The notes under the pieces were generated by a model, which searched no databases, was not told the DNA's origin, and worked only from the letters and a program-made list of their open reading frames with translations. DNA of 63,725 nucleotides, filler included, from Thraustochytrium aureum (Eukaryota), in assembly GCA_012862495.1 (NCBI GenBank). It is 6 parts of 3 records of this genome, joined end to end, with 100 filler letters (N's around TTAATTAATTAA, not from the genome) between each part and the next. Parts side by side here need not be neighbours in the genome. Positions count along the whole stretch, not along the records: positions 1 to 21,554 come from BLSG01000439.1; 5 more parts are not named here. One strand, written 5' to 3'. This document shows positions 1-10,547 of this stretch, piece after piece. Each line of letters starts with the position of its first letter. Within the stretch, counting starts at the first letter, position 1. The translations under genes were made by a program, and so were the position numbers.

Positions 1-201
1 TTTAGAATCGAAAGCGAATGCCATCACATTGCTATCACAACCAAGGAGGATCCTCCTTGTCACAACAGAGCGAAGACTCAAAAGTGAGGTGAAGCCTGAA
101 TTCTGAAAGAAGTCGCGTGTGAGTGCGGCGCCGACGCAGATGTCGATACCAGTGATCAATCACTGTAGACAAGGCCGTCAAGAGCAACGCGGTCAAAGCA
201 C

Positions 202-312
202 GTGCGCCAGCAGCGCCAGCACTGCCAGCAGCGCCAGCAGCGCCAGCACCGCACGACCACCACCACGACACCACGACACGACGACACCACGACACGACGA
301 CACCACGACCAC
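202..312. repeat. Simple tandem repeats (GCCAGCAGC-like, then ACGACACC-like)
   Basis: Short-period repeats are directly visible and explain the low-complexity ORFs here. Confidence 0.75.
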
Positions 313-896
313 CGGCTCCAAGTCCGCGACCTCCGCGACCTCGACCACCTCCGCCTGCAGCGACAAGCAACCCGCGCGTCGCCAGCGTCAGCGTCCGGCA
401 ACAAGCGCGACGCGCGAAAAACACCAGCAGCGGCGGCCAGAGAGCCTGCTCGTCGCGAACGTGCCAGTGGACGAGCTGCGCGCCGTTCGAGAGTGCGCGA
501 GCTCAGCTCGAGGTATCGGCGTGGCTGAAGCTGCGGGCCAAGGCAGGGCGGACTGGTGTGCAGGCTGGGCTTCTGCCCAGGGCCGCGCAAACTCGCACGG
601 GTTGTGCTGAACGAGACGAAGACAAACCCAGCGTTTGTTTTACATTCGCACGCGCTTTAGTTTACACGGGGCTGGCCAAGCGGGCCACGGACGTGCCGTG
701 CGCAATAACGAGGGCGACGAGCAAGGGCGAGGGGCTGCGGCCGTCTCGCCCACAACGCGAGGCGCCGAGCGGCATGCAGCTGGGCAAGAAAATGCACATC
801 CGACCACGCGGGGCCAGCACCGCTCGCGACGATGCCAGCGCACCCAGCGGCGTCGGGGCAAGAGGGTCGCCGCCGTACCTGAGAAAGCGAAACAGC

Positions 897-1598
897 ATGG
901 AGCCGCAGGAGTCGTACCAGTCGAGCGACTGCGAGTCGTTCGGGACCCACGAGGACGAGGGCTTTGGGCTCTTCGACGAGCACGACACCGCTTCAAACGT
1001 CCTGTCGCCAGGCCCCATGCCGCTGCCAATCCGACCGTTAGGGGCGGCGCGTCTGCGATCGAAGGAAAGGCGGGCCACACAGCCCGTGCTGCCCGCCACT
1101 GACGAAAACCAGCCGAGCGTACACAAGGTAGACGCGCCTGCCGCGCCGCTCCGTAGCGGGCTTTTCAGGGCTCTCGCGGCTTGCCCGCCTCAAACGCAAC
1201 CTGACACCTCGCACCTGCGGCCCGTGCTGTCTCGAGGCCCTGCGCGCTCTGCGCCAGAGCTTTTCCGCCGCACGCACTCGCGGTCGGTGCTGGAACACTC
1301 GGAGGGCAGCGAGCCAGGCGAATTTCGCAACTGCCGCCACTGCAAGTCTGTTTACCCGTATATTCAGCCTGCTGACTCGCCGCCCTCCGAGCGCGAGTCG
1401 CTGCGCCTCAGTTTTTGCTCGGGCGAGTGCCACCTTACATACGTCACGCTCTACCACTTGAGCGCTTCGCGTCACAAGCAGCAGCAACGCCAAAAGCTGC
1501 ACCTCCAGCAGCAAGAGCAGCAAGAGCAGCACAAACAGGAGGGCGCGCGGGCGAGTCGCCTGCCGCTCGGACGCCAGCAGCAGTATCACAACTCGTGA
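897..1598 (+). CDS. Hypothetical, largely disordered protein with a C-terminal FCS-type zinc finger and Q-rich tail
   Basis: ATG at 897 (alternative at 774), in frame with ORF 558-1598. Motif CRHC-x23-FCSGEC at about 1332-1430. Confidence 0.6.
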   Translation: MEPQESYQSSDCESFGTHEDEGFGLFDEHDTASNVLSPGPMPLPIRPLGAARLRSKERRATQPVLPATDENQPSVHKVDAPAAPLRSGLFRALAACPPQTQPDTSHLRPVLSRGPARSAPELFRRTHSRSVLEHSEGSEPGEFRNCRHCKSVYPYIQPADSPPSERESLRLSFCSGECHLTYVTLYHLSASRHKQQQRQKLHLQQQEQQEQHKQEGARASRLPLGRQQQYHNS

Positions 1599-1807
1599 TC
1601 GCCGACTGCGAGCGCTCAAGTCGATCGACTGCGACCTGCGTGCTGCCGCAGTACTATCATGTATCTATCACCATTTCATTATGCTTCGGACTTTCTCACT
1701 TCCCATCCTCCTTGTCCTCAGCCAGGGAGCGAATCAACTCGCTTGCACGGCGCCAATCTGCATGAAAAATGCATGAAGAGCCGCGTGATCGGCGCACTGG
1801 CTTTGAG

Positions 1808-1955
1808 CAATCCGTAGCAGTCTCGGCGAAGGCCTTCTGCGCTGGGGGTTGATGACCAAGTCGCAATCCGTAGCAGTCTCGGGGAAGGCCTTCTGCGCTT
1901 GGGGTTGAGTTGAGAACCAAGTCGCAATCCGTAGCAGAGAACAAAGTCGCAATCG
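1808..1955. repeat. Minisatellite, about 2.5 copies of a 56-61 nt unit
   Basis: CAATCCGTAGCAG recurs at 1808, 1864 and 1925, and the intervening sequences are near-identical. Confidence 0.85.
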
Positions 1956-2621
1956 ATTTTCACCACAAATAATCGATTTTTCAACATGACCGTTGATCTT
2001 TGTTTCTTGATTGTTTGCCAGAAACCATGCCATGCCTTGCCTTGCCGTGCCTCGCCTTGCCATGACATGCTGCGGCAGACCACCAGTGCCAGCCAGCGCC
2101 ATCAACCTCGGCGGCAATCGCTTGTCGGAGCCGACCTTTTCGGCGGCACAGGCGCGGCCTTCGTCGCGACGATCTCGCCAGCGTCAAAGGCGGCAAACGT
2201 ACTGTTGGAAGCAAGCTGGTCTTGCTGCGGCACAGGCGCGGCTTTGGCTAGCATCAGCGCAAGCAGCAGCTGCTGGTCATCCAACAGTAGAGTCAGGAGT
2301 GGCAACACCCAAACCCCCACAGGCCGATCGAGGCCGAGCACGTGGCGAACCGCCGCCGGCGAGCACCGAAGCGACTCGGCGCCTTGAGGAATCAGCGCTT
2401 GTGCATTCCCAGCAGCACCGTGGTGCTGCCTGGCGCACGACGACAACAACATCGCGGCAGATAGCACGGCAAAACGCAAAGCCTACCGGCAAAAACACTC
2501 GCAGGGCCAGGACCAGCCACCGCAAGGCCTCGGGAGGCGCGTTTTCACCCAGCGCGCGAACGAGCTAGGCTTTTCACGAAAGAAAAGCAAGTCAGCACAA
2601 AGAATTCGCTCCCAAGGGTGG

Positions 2622-5600
2622 ATGGCGAGCGAATGCGAAAGCGCCGAAGAGGACGGCGCGTTCTTGGACGAGCTGAGTGACTTTAGCGAAGCCAGCGGGT
2701 CTTTTGGCAGCGACGAGTTTGCTCTCCAGCCGATGAAAGACACCGGTTTGGCAACGCGTGATCTTTCCTTGGCGTCAGGGCTGACAACTACGGCGCAGCA
2801 CATCGAGGACGATGGAGATACCTACTCGCTCGACAGCAGTACAGACGAGAGCGTCGCACAAAGCGAGGTAGACCTCCGCCAAGTGCTCACGAGGTCTGGC
2901 TCGGCAGGACTCATCGCAGTGCTGCGGGAGCGGCCAGAAACAGCTCGGGAACGGTTCTTGGATGTCTTGCAGCTTCTTGCAGACCCAGATACCGACGCTG
3001 TCGCCCTCAACCCGCGCAGCCTTCTGGCCGTTCTGCTCCCAGCTCTGCCCCAGCGGCCAAACGCTGAGGCGGTACGTCTATTCTGCTCTCTACTGGGCAC
3101 CCTCGCGTTCTGCGCGACCAACAAGGAGAGCATAGTCTTGAACGGAGGGTCGGAGGCGCTCGTCCGCCTCCTTGGGGACGAGCCCGCTGCGTCGAGCGGC
3201 CAATTGGCGTGCCTCTGCGCTGAGACGCTCTGCACCTTGGCATGCAGCCCATCGACGAGGCAGGCGATTGTCCTCCAGGGCGCTATCCAGACCATCCTCC
3301 CGGTCATGCGGTCCGCCGCAACCTCTATCGAAGTTCAAGCGACGGGATGCCGCCTTTTGCAGCTTTTAGGTCGTGACGACGGACGCGACCAGAGCGAACG
3401 CCTGGAAGCTCTCGACATCGTTCTGCGCTCGGGCGGTCTTGGGGTCGTCGCCGAGGCCCTCGACAGATTTCGGGCTTGCTCGAACGACGTGCTATCCTAC
3501 GGGTGCCGCGCACTCTCGCTCCTCGCGACTCAGCTCTCCAGCACCGCAGAGCGCACGCTTCTTTCTCACGGCCCCGTGCAAGACAAAGAGCTCCTCGAGC
3601 GATTCTTCAACGTCCTTCCGCCAATCGTTGGCCACCCCACCATATCCAGAGAAGCTCGGGCATGCGCTCTCGCTGCTCTTGCAGCCCTCGCGCGGCCGCT
3701 CAGCGGGGCTCAACATGCCGTCGACGCGACAAGTATTGCTCGCGCGCAGGCCCTCGCCGTCTTCGCGGCCCGTGCTGGCGTGGCCCAAGCTGCTGTCGCC
3801 GCCATGGCTGCGCTATCGAGCGACTCCGAGGCGCTTGCGGACGGCGTCCACGTTCTCCACTCCCTTGTGGTCTTCGATGACTCGCGCACAGTGCTTGGCA
3901 ACTTGCCCGATCCCACCCAATTCGTCAAAGAGGGAATAAACGCGACCGCTGTAGCCATGAGCACCGCAGAGCTATCTGCCGATGGTGCGCTGCAGGGCGC
4001 AGGCCAACGCGTCATTCAGGCATTGTCTGCGCAACTTGAGATCTTGCTGCGGTCGCCGGGCTCTGCAGCGAGCGCGCAATGCGCACAGCAAGAGGTCCAA
4101 CACGGCCAGCAAGGCCAGCTGCAACTGAGCCCGCAGAGCCCAGGCTCGCCATTGACGCCCGCAAGTGCGTTCGAGGCAGCCGCGGCCTCCTCGCCAACAA
4201 GCCCAGCGCTCAGCCTCAGCTCTATGAGCGATGCAGAATGCGAGACGAGCGAACTCGAGGTGAGCTTTTCCCCAACCGAGATCCAGATTCCAGATTGCAC
4301 GATCAGCGCAGACAACGAAGGCCAAGACAGTCCAGCCTCTAGCGTCGAATGTCACGATGACCAAGACGAGCGCGAAGTATCGCGCGACTTGGACGGCGAA
4401 GCCACAGGCAAAGTTTCGCCAAACAGCATCGTATCCACCATGAGCCATTTGCGCGTATTCACGCTTGCATCGCCGCGTTCGTCTTCGCCCTCTTCCCTCC
4501 TGTCGCCTTGCGAGCTCGCTTCGCCTAAACGATCCCCGGTCTTTGCGTCCAAAGGCAGCCCAATTCCTCCGACGCCGTCGAGCGGGCAAGGTGGCCGCAA
4601 ACGACCGAGCGTGGTGGCATCGCAACGGGATACGACCGTCTCGGGCATCGAACGTCGCGGAGCTGGCAACGCAGCTTTCGATCGCCTCGAAAACCGACTA
4701 GGCGCCGTGCAGGCCATTGCGCTCCAGGGCCTCACCCGGCGGCGCACTATGCGCGCAGTCGATCGCGCGGCGCGCGCTTGGCTTCGACTCCAGTCTCGCT
4801 CCCGACTCGCTGCCGCCGTGAGGCAGGCCTCCCAAGACCTTGACACTGCCTCGCGACGCCTTCTTGGGGTGGAGGCCGGCGCCACGGACGAGCTCGAGCG
4901 TGCCCGGGTCGCCTTGCTAATGGAGCAAAAGGCGCGCAACGAGATGAGCCTCGCCAAGCAAGCCGCGCAGGACGAGGTCGCGGCCCTTTGCAAACAGCTG
5001 CGTGATGCACGTGACGCTGTCAATGAGGCTCACGAGTGTGCGCAGCAAGCGCGCCTCAAAGCCACCAACCTCGCCCGCGAGCTCGAGGACGAACGCGACG
5101 CGAGGCTCGCCGTCGAGGAGGAGCTGTTACAGGTGCAATCCGGCCTTGCTGACAAGGAGCGCATTCTCGCAAACGAGGCCTCGTTGAAGGAGACCGTCGC
5201 TGCCCTCAAGCACGAGCTTGCAAAAGCAAAGCAAGACCACGAGGAGGCGCTCGACGCCCAGTCCATGCTGCAAGACCTCGAGACAAGCGAGCGCGCAACG
5301 ATGCGCGAACGCATCGAGCAGCTCGAGCGGGACCTTGCCCTGGCACAGCGCTCAATCTCGGATGCCCGAAGCGCTTCTCGCGCCGTGGAGGAGGAGCTGT
5401 TACAGGCGCAATCCGGCCTTGCTGACAAGGAGCGCATTCTCGCAAACGAGGCCTCGTTGAAGGAGACCGTCGCTGCCCTCAAGCACGAGCTTGCCAAAGC
5501 AAAGCAAGACCACGAGGAGGCGCTCGACGCCCAGTCCATGCTGCAAGACCTCGAGACAAGCGAGCGCGCAACGACGCGCGAACGCATCGAGCAGCTCGAG

Positions 5601-7838
5601 CGGGACCTTGCCCTGGCACAGCGCTTGGTCTCGGACGCGAGAAACGCAACTGAAGCCACGCAAGCTGAGCTGAACGAATCGCAGCGCTGCGCCGCTGACT
5701 CGGAGGCAAACTCGCTAAAGCTGCGCACTGCTCTCGACGAGGCTACAGCTGAGCGTGACGCGCTTGCCCAGCAGCTCGCTGAAGAGCGCGCAGCCCGAGC
5801 TGAAGAAGCCGCACTTTGCCAAGAGGGAGATGCGACCGAGGTGCTCGAGGAGCTCGAGCACCTGAGGCAGGAGCACTTGGACTTTGAGGAGCTCCAGCAG
5901 ATGCTTGGCACCGAACGGACCGCACGCGCCTCGCTCGAAGGCGAACTTGCCTCGCTCCGTATTGACAAGACTCACTCGGACAACGCGTTTTCCGAGCTTG
6001 AAGCCGCAATCACAAAGGCCAAGTCGCTCGAATCCGAGCTGGAGGACGCCAAGCGTGATCTTCATCAAGCCAAAGCAGAATCTGTCACGCTGCGTGGCGA
6101 GGTTGTTGCCATGGAGGAGCGGGCTCAAACGCGAGACGCTGACGCCAAGGCCTTTGAGCAGCGTGCCAAAGCCCTTGCGGGAGAGAACCAAGACCTCAAG
6201 TCTCTCCTCGCCGAATGCCAGGACAGTATAGCCGCACTTGAAGAACGGCTGGCAGACCAGGCAGGCTGTGCCGACGCAAAGCTCAGCGCAGAGATTGACC
6301 AGCTACGGGAGACAGTCAATGTTCTGCGCGCAAAGCATGCGGCCCAAGAAAACCAGCTCGCCTCGCAGCACTCGCAAAAGGTCAGCGTGATCAAGAGCCA
6401 GCTCGAGGTTGAATACCACATGGTGATCAAAGCCATGGCGGCATCCCGCGCGCGCCTCGAGGAGCGCCTTGAAAGCACGGATGCCGAGCGCGCCAGGCTT
6501 GCAGCACAGGTAGCCACCCTCCAGGCGGCAGTGGACCAGCTGCACGCCAATGGAGCCAAGGCCCGGCATCAGGCCCTGACTGGGGCCCAACCTCGGCCGC
6601 ACTGTGCAGGCGGCTCTCCGCCGCCGCCCGCTCGTGCAGCCTGCCCCTNNNNNNNNNNNNNNNNNNNNNNNNNNNNNNNNNNNNNNNNNNNNNNNNNNNN
6701 NNNNNNNNNNNNNNNNNNNNNNNNNNNNNNNNNNNNNNNNNNNNNNNNNNNNNNNNNNNNNNNNNNNNNNNNNNNNNNNNNNNNNNNNNNNNNNNNNNNN
6801 NNNNNNNNNNNNNNNGAGGTGGACGCGCTTGGCCGAGCCTTTTTGATGCTCGGGGCTGAGGGCGACGCCGCGCCAACCGTTTCATACTCTAGCGTGTTCC
6901 GCTTTTCGCGGTCTGCTGAACTCGTGCCCGCGCACGTCACGCGTGCCGCGCTCGACGTTGTCTTTGCAAGTATTGCCGACAAGACAAAGCGCAAGGCGCG
7001 GCTCGACTTTGACGGGTTCGTCTTCGTGCTCGACTATCTTGCTCGCGAGCATCGACCCGCCGCTAGCGACGAGGCCAAGCCGTGGTCGGCACTGCGCGCT
7101 GTACTTGCCAGCCATCTTCCTCTGCGTCGCGCGCTGGGCCTAGTCGAGGCCGCCGCTCCGTCGTCGCCACCCCAACCGAAGACTCGGGCCGACCACACGT
7201 TTCGCGAGCGAGCCTCGAGCGATGGGGCATCGACGGCCGCCGAATGCGAGTCAAAGACGGACGGGGTCGACAGCTCTGAGCAGCTCGAGTCTGCATGCTC
7301 ACGACGGCGCGAAGCCAACGACGCGAGCCCGCCCCAGCGGCCGCCAGTTGCGATTTGCAAGCTCTGGAGCAAGGAGCGCCGGCCGATGCGAGATATTTTT
7401 GCACACTACGCCACGCAAGAGCGCGACGAGCACAATTTGTGCAAGTCGCGTCTGGACAACCGCACCGCGATGCATGTGGTTCACACCGGGATCCGCTTCC
7501 AGGCACTCGCGCAAATGTGCGCCGATTTCGACATCATCCCGACGCTTTGCGGCCGCTCAGAGCTTCGCCGCTTGTTCAATGATGTTCTCGCCGAGTCCAA
7601 TCGGGCCAGCGGGACGGCCTTTGGGTCGCTCGGTTTGGATCCCTGGATGCTCATGCTCGAGAGAATAGCGACTGCAAAGTTTCCGCGGCGCCAATGCCCG
7701 ACGCCCCAAGCGCAAGTGGCGGCTATGTTTCAGTGGATGGACGCCTCAAACGGCAAGGTCAAGCTGCGGAATCGGCAGCGGAGTGGAGTACTGGTGCGCA
7801 AGTTTAGCCTCGCGAACCTTAATGCGGGCAATGAGTGA
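2622..7838 (+). CDS. Large armadillo-repeat + coiled-coil protein with C-terminal p25alpha/TPPP-like (EF-hand-like) helical modules
   Basis: 1738-aa ORF crossing N gap 6649-6815. ARM-like segments (NKESIVLNGGSEALVRLL, TRQAIVLQGAIQTILPVM), long heptad region, C-terminal LDVVFASIADKTKRKARLDFDGFVFVLDYLA. Confidence 0.75.
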   Translation: MASECESAEEDGAFLDELSDFSEASGSFGSDEFALQPMKDTGLATRDLSLASGLTTTAQHIEDDGDTYSLDSSTDESVAQSEVDLRQVLTRSGSAGLIAVLRERPETARERFLDVLQLLADPDTDAVALNPRSLLAVLLPALPQRPNAEAVRLFCSLLGTLAFCATNKESIVLNGGSEALVRLLGDEPAASSGQLACLCAETLCTLACSPSTRQAIVLQGAIQTILPVMRSAATSIEVQATGCRLLQLLGRDDGRDQSERLEALDIVLRSGGLGVVAEALDRFRACSNDVLSYGCRALSLLATQLSSTAERTLLSHGPVQDKELLERFFNVLPPIVGHPTISREARACALAALAALARPLSGAQHAVDATSIARAQALAVFAARAGVAQAAVAAMAALSSDSEALADGVHVLHSLVVFDDSRTVLGNLPDPTQFVKEGINATAVAMSTAELSADGALQGAGQRVIQALSAQLEILLRSPGSAASAQCAQQEVQHGQQGQLQLSPQSPGSPLTPASAFEAAAASSPTSPALSLSSMSDAECETSELEVSFSPTEIQIPDCTISADNEGQDSPASSVECHDDQDEREVSRDLDGEATGKVSPNSIVSTMSHLRVFTLASPRSSSPSSLLSPCELASPKRSPVFASKGSPIPPTPSSGQGGRKRPSVVASQRDTTVSGIERRGAGNAAFDRLENRLGAVQAIALQGLTRRRTMRAVDRAARAWLRLQSRSRLAAAVRQASQDLDTASRRLLGVEAGATDELERARVALLMEQKARNEMSLAKQAAQDEVAALCKQLRDARDAVNEAHECAQQARLKATNLARELEDERDARLAVEEELLQVQSGLADKERILANEASLKETVAALKHELAKAKQDHEEALDAQSMLQDLETSERATMRERIEQLERDLALAQRSISDARSASRAVEEELLQAQSGLADKERILANEASLKETVAALKHELAKAKQDHEEALDAQSMLQDLETSERATTRERIEQLERDLALAQRLVSDARNATEATQAELNESQRCAADSEANSLKLRTALDEATAERDALAQQLAEERAARAEEAALCQEGDATEVLEELEHLRQEHLDFEELQQMLGTERTARASLEGELASLRIDKTHSDNAFSELEAAITKAKSLESELEDAKRDLHQAKAESVTLRGEVVAMEERAQTRDADAKAFEQRAKALAGENQDLKSLLAECQDSIAALEERLADQAGCADAKLSAEIDQLRETVNVLRAKHAAQENQLASQHSQKVSVIKSQLEVEYHMVIKAMAASRARLEERLESTDAERARLAAQVATLQAAVDQLHANGAKARHQALTGAQPRPHCAGGSPPPPARAACPXXXXXXXXXXXXXXXXXXXXXXXXXXXXXXXXXXXXXXXXXXXXXXXXXXXXXXXXEVDALGRAFLMLGAEGDAAPTVSYSSVFRFSRSAELVPAHVTRAALDVVFASIADKTKRKARLDFDGFVFVLDYLAREHRPAASDEAKPWSALRAVLASHLPLRRALGLVEAAAPSSPPQPKTRADHTFRERASSDGASTAAECESKTDGVDSSEQLESACSRRREANDASPPQRPPVAICKLWSKERRPMRDIFAHYATQERDEHNLCKSRLDNRTAMHVVHTGIRFQALAQMCADFDIIPTLCGRSELRRLFNDVLAESNRASGTAFGSLGLDPWMLMLERIATAKFPRRQCPTPQAQVAAMFQWMDASNGKVKLRNRQRSGVLVRKFSLANLNAGNE
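5109..5643 (+). repeat. In-frame 273-nt (91-codon) near-identical tandem duplication inside the coiled coil
   Basis: GAGGAGGAGCTGTTACAGG occurs at 5115 and 5388; the peptide VEEELLQ...ERDLALAQR is repeated. Confidence 0.9.
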
Positions 7839-8063
7839 CCCACTCTGCCGCTCCGTCCTCGTCTTCGTCCTCGTCTTCGTCCTCGAGTGCTGCTGCAAAG
7901 AGGGAGGGTCTCAAGAACCGAAAACGTATTGTATGTATGTGTGTTCCAATCCATCATGGATGCATTGCATTGGGTGACACGGGAGCGCTGGCCAGGTCGC
8001 GCTCGTCCTTCCGAGGACTCGGACGCTGCCAACGGTGCCGTTCGAGGGGCTCGCGGCCGCACT

Positions 8064-9714
8064 TTAGCCTCCGCTGCCTTTGCCTTTGCCTTTGCCGTCG
8101 TCCACACCGTCGTTGTCGTCTTCGTCGTCGTCACCAGAGTGAACGAGCTCGACGTTGCCCCCGTCCGCGCGGGACGTGGCAAAGCGGAGGTGGTGGTTGT
8201 GGTGCTCAAAGCTCGCCTTGAGCGCTCGCAAGAGGTGCTCTTTGTCGGCCGTTTCGCTCGCTCCGGCTTCCTCCTCAAAAGCACGCTCCAAGGCGCAGCT
8301 GATGTGGGACGACATAGCAGTGAGGGCAACTTCGTCCTTGACGCGGAACCTTGACCCCTGCTTTCGATTTGAGACTTGCAGGACGCCAATGATGTCCCCT
8401 GTGCGCCCAAAGACTGGCTGCAGAGCACGCTTCTGTTGCTTTGGCCCGNNNNNNNNNNNNNNNNNNNNNNNNNNNNNNNNNNNNNNNNNNNNNNNNNNNN
8501 NNNNNNNNNNNNNNNNNNNNNNNNNNNNNNNNNNNNNNNNNNNNNNNNNNNNNNNNNNNNNNNNNNNNNNNNNNNNNNNNNNNNNNNNNNNNNNNNNNNN
8601 NNNNNNTGTTGCTTTGGCCCGTCACCAAGTTGGACTTTGAGCCGTATCGCTGGAGGTCGTCTGCGTCGCTCGTGTTGATCACGTCGCCGCTTTTGGCGCA
8701 GTGGCCCGCAATGCCTTGGTTCAGTTTGAATCGCATCTGCTTTAGCGCATTTGCGCCGGCCGACGCTTTTGTCCAGAGTTCTTGCTTGTCTTTGTCAACG
8801 ACGTAGAGGACGGCCGAGTCGACGTCCATGGCTTCGCTGACGTACTCCATCACGGTGACGAACAAGTCGTCCTGCACAGGCGCTCGAGGGAAACATTAGC
8901 AGACTTTTGGACGAGCCTATTGCGGCACACCTTGGAGTGCAGCGCACTTACCAGCTTGGACTGCCTCTTGAGCCGCGCGATCGAGTCAAAGTCCATAAAT
9001 AACAGTGGGAACATGCCGATCAGGCACCCGACGGAGACCCCAATCGCATTGCCCACAAACCGCACCCTTCGCACGACGGCGAGGCCCTCCTGCGCTCTTG
9101 TGAGGCCCGGGTCGCGCCCGATCCCGAGCTTGTCAAACCAACCCTCGACCATGCCGCCGACGCCAAGTCCGAGGACGTCGCTCACGAGGTTGCCGAGGCC
9201 AGCCGCGGCCATGGTCGAGATCCCAAACGCGACCCCAAGCGTGATGTCAAAGTACTCGCCAGCGAGAATCATTACTGCGAGCTCTCGTCAGCGGCTTGGC
9301 CCGTCCGCCCAGCGAAGGCGCCACGCTACACCACCACTTACCGGCGTTGTCAATGACACCAAAACACAGGAACAGCGGCATGGGCGCAAGCATGACCAGC
9401 TTGAGCTGCTGCTTCGAAGGCCGTGCCACAGCAGCGCCCTCTATCAGCAGCGTCTCTTTCGCCACCACCTTGCCGAGCGCATCCAGCGTGCGCGTGCTCA
9501 GGCTCCGCCTGACGCGATCCAGCGCCCTCGGATCGGCTTCGGCCAGCGCATGCAGCCCTTTCAGCACATCGCCGTCGTGGCCCTTGCCACCGGCAGAGCA
9601 CAGCCTCCGTCCAGCTTGATCAAGAGGCCTGCGAACCCCTGTCCGAGGCCACGACCCGGCCGACCTCGACAAGGCCGTCAACACCGTGGAGGAGCGGCGA
9701 GCCGACCCAAACAT
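8064..9714 (-). CDS. TMEM65: TMEM65-domain protein fused to a C-terminal GAF domain (3 exons)
   Basis: ATG 9714 (MFGSARRSS, presequence-like). Introns 9275-9341 and 8872-8951 (GTAAGT...CTRAY...GCAG) join FGVIDNA|VMILAGEYFDITLGVAFGISTMAAAGLGNLVSD (TMEM65) in frame to DDLFVTVM...ELWT...QGIAGHCAKSGDVIN...PVFGRTGDIIGVLQVSN (GAF). One 1-nt indel near 8420. Confidence 0.8.
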
Positions 9715-10547
9715 GTCGACCAGCAAAGTCTACCCAAGCACCCGAAAACGCGGCCGAAGGGAATACACCCAGCGTGGCTGGCCGCCGCCCTCGCCCCGAC
9801 GTCCTCGACCCGATGTCCTCGACCAACTCGAGCGCCAAGCCCACCACGTCGCCGACCTCGCAGCGCCTTGCAAAAAACGGCCGCCGCGTCCAACGCACTA
9901 GCACTGGACCGGGACGGCGGCGGCCGACGCCTGGCCGGCAACGGAGCGCGGCGACGCAAGTGCGCAAGGAGAGGAGCTGGCCCGAGTTGCTCGGCCGGGT
10001 CGCGGCTGGAGGGCGCGGCTGGAGGGCGCGGCTGGAGGGCGCGCAGAGGTCGCAGAGGCTCGTGCTGGTTTGGGGGTTTGGGCGGCAGAATCCACGCGGA
10101 GGAACAGGCGCGATCGCCAGTTGTTCCATCTGAGTCCTGCGGCCCCTGCAGTCTTTCTTTTTGATCAAGATGATCAATCAAGATGATCTTGGAAAGACGT
10201 GCGAGAACTCCGCTCAGGCGGTCTTCCAGAGCACCGGTGCTGCGGCTCGTCCGGTGATGCTGGCGACGGGCCGACGGTCGATGATGTTGTCGCGATGAGC
10301 GTCGCGATGCTTGCTTGCCTGCTCGTGCTGCGCACGTATGTATGTACGCACGCACGCGCCGACGGAGAGGACCGAGTCAAATTGGCGCCTCGCGCCTGCA
10401 CATGGTGGTACGCACAAGGTAGTCGGTCTCCTGCGGTTCGGTTCTTGTCAATTTCGGCAGATGCCTTGCGACGATCGCCTTGCGAGGTTGCGAGGTGTGG
10501 ATTGAACTGGCATTGATATTTACTGCTCATCAAAAAGGCTCTAAATG

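Noticed and set aside
1808..1955. CRISPR-like recurring motif AAGTCGCAATCCGTAGCAG
   Set aside because: The would-be spacers are near-identical copies, there are no cas genes, and the context is eukaryotic: it is a minisatellite.
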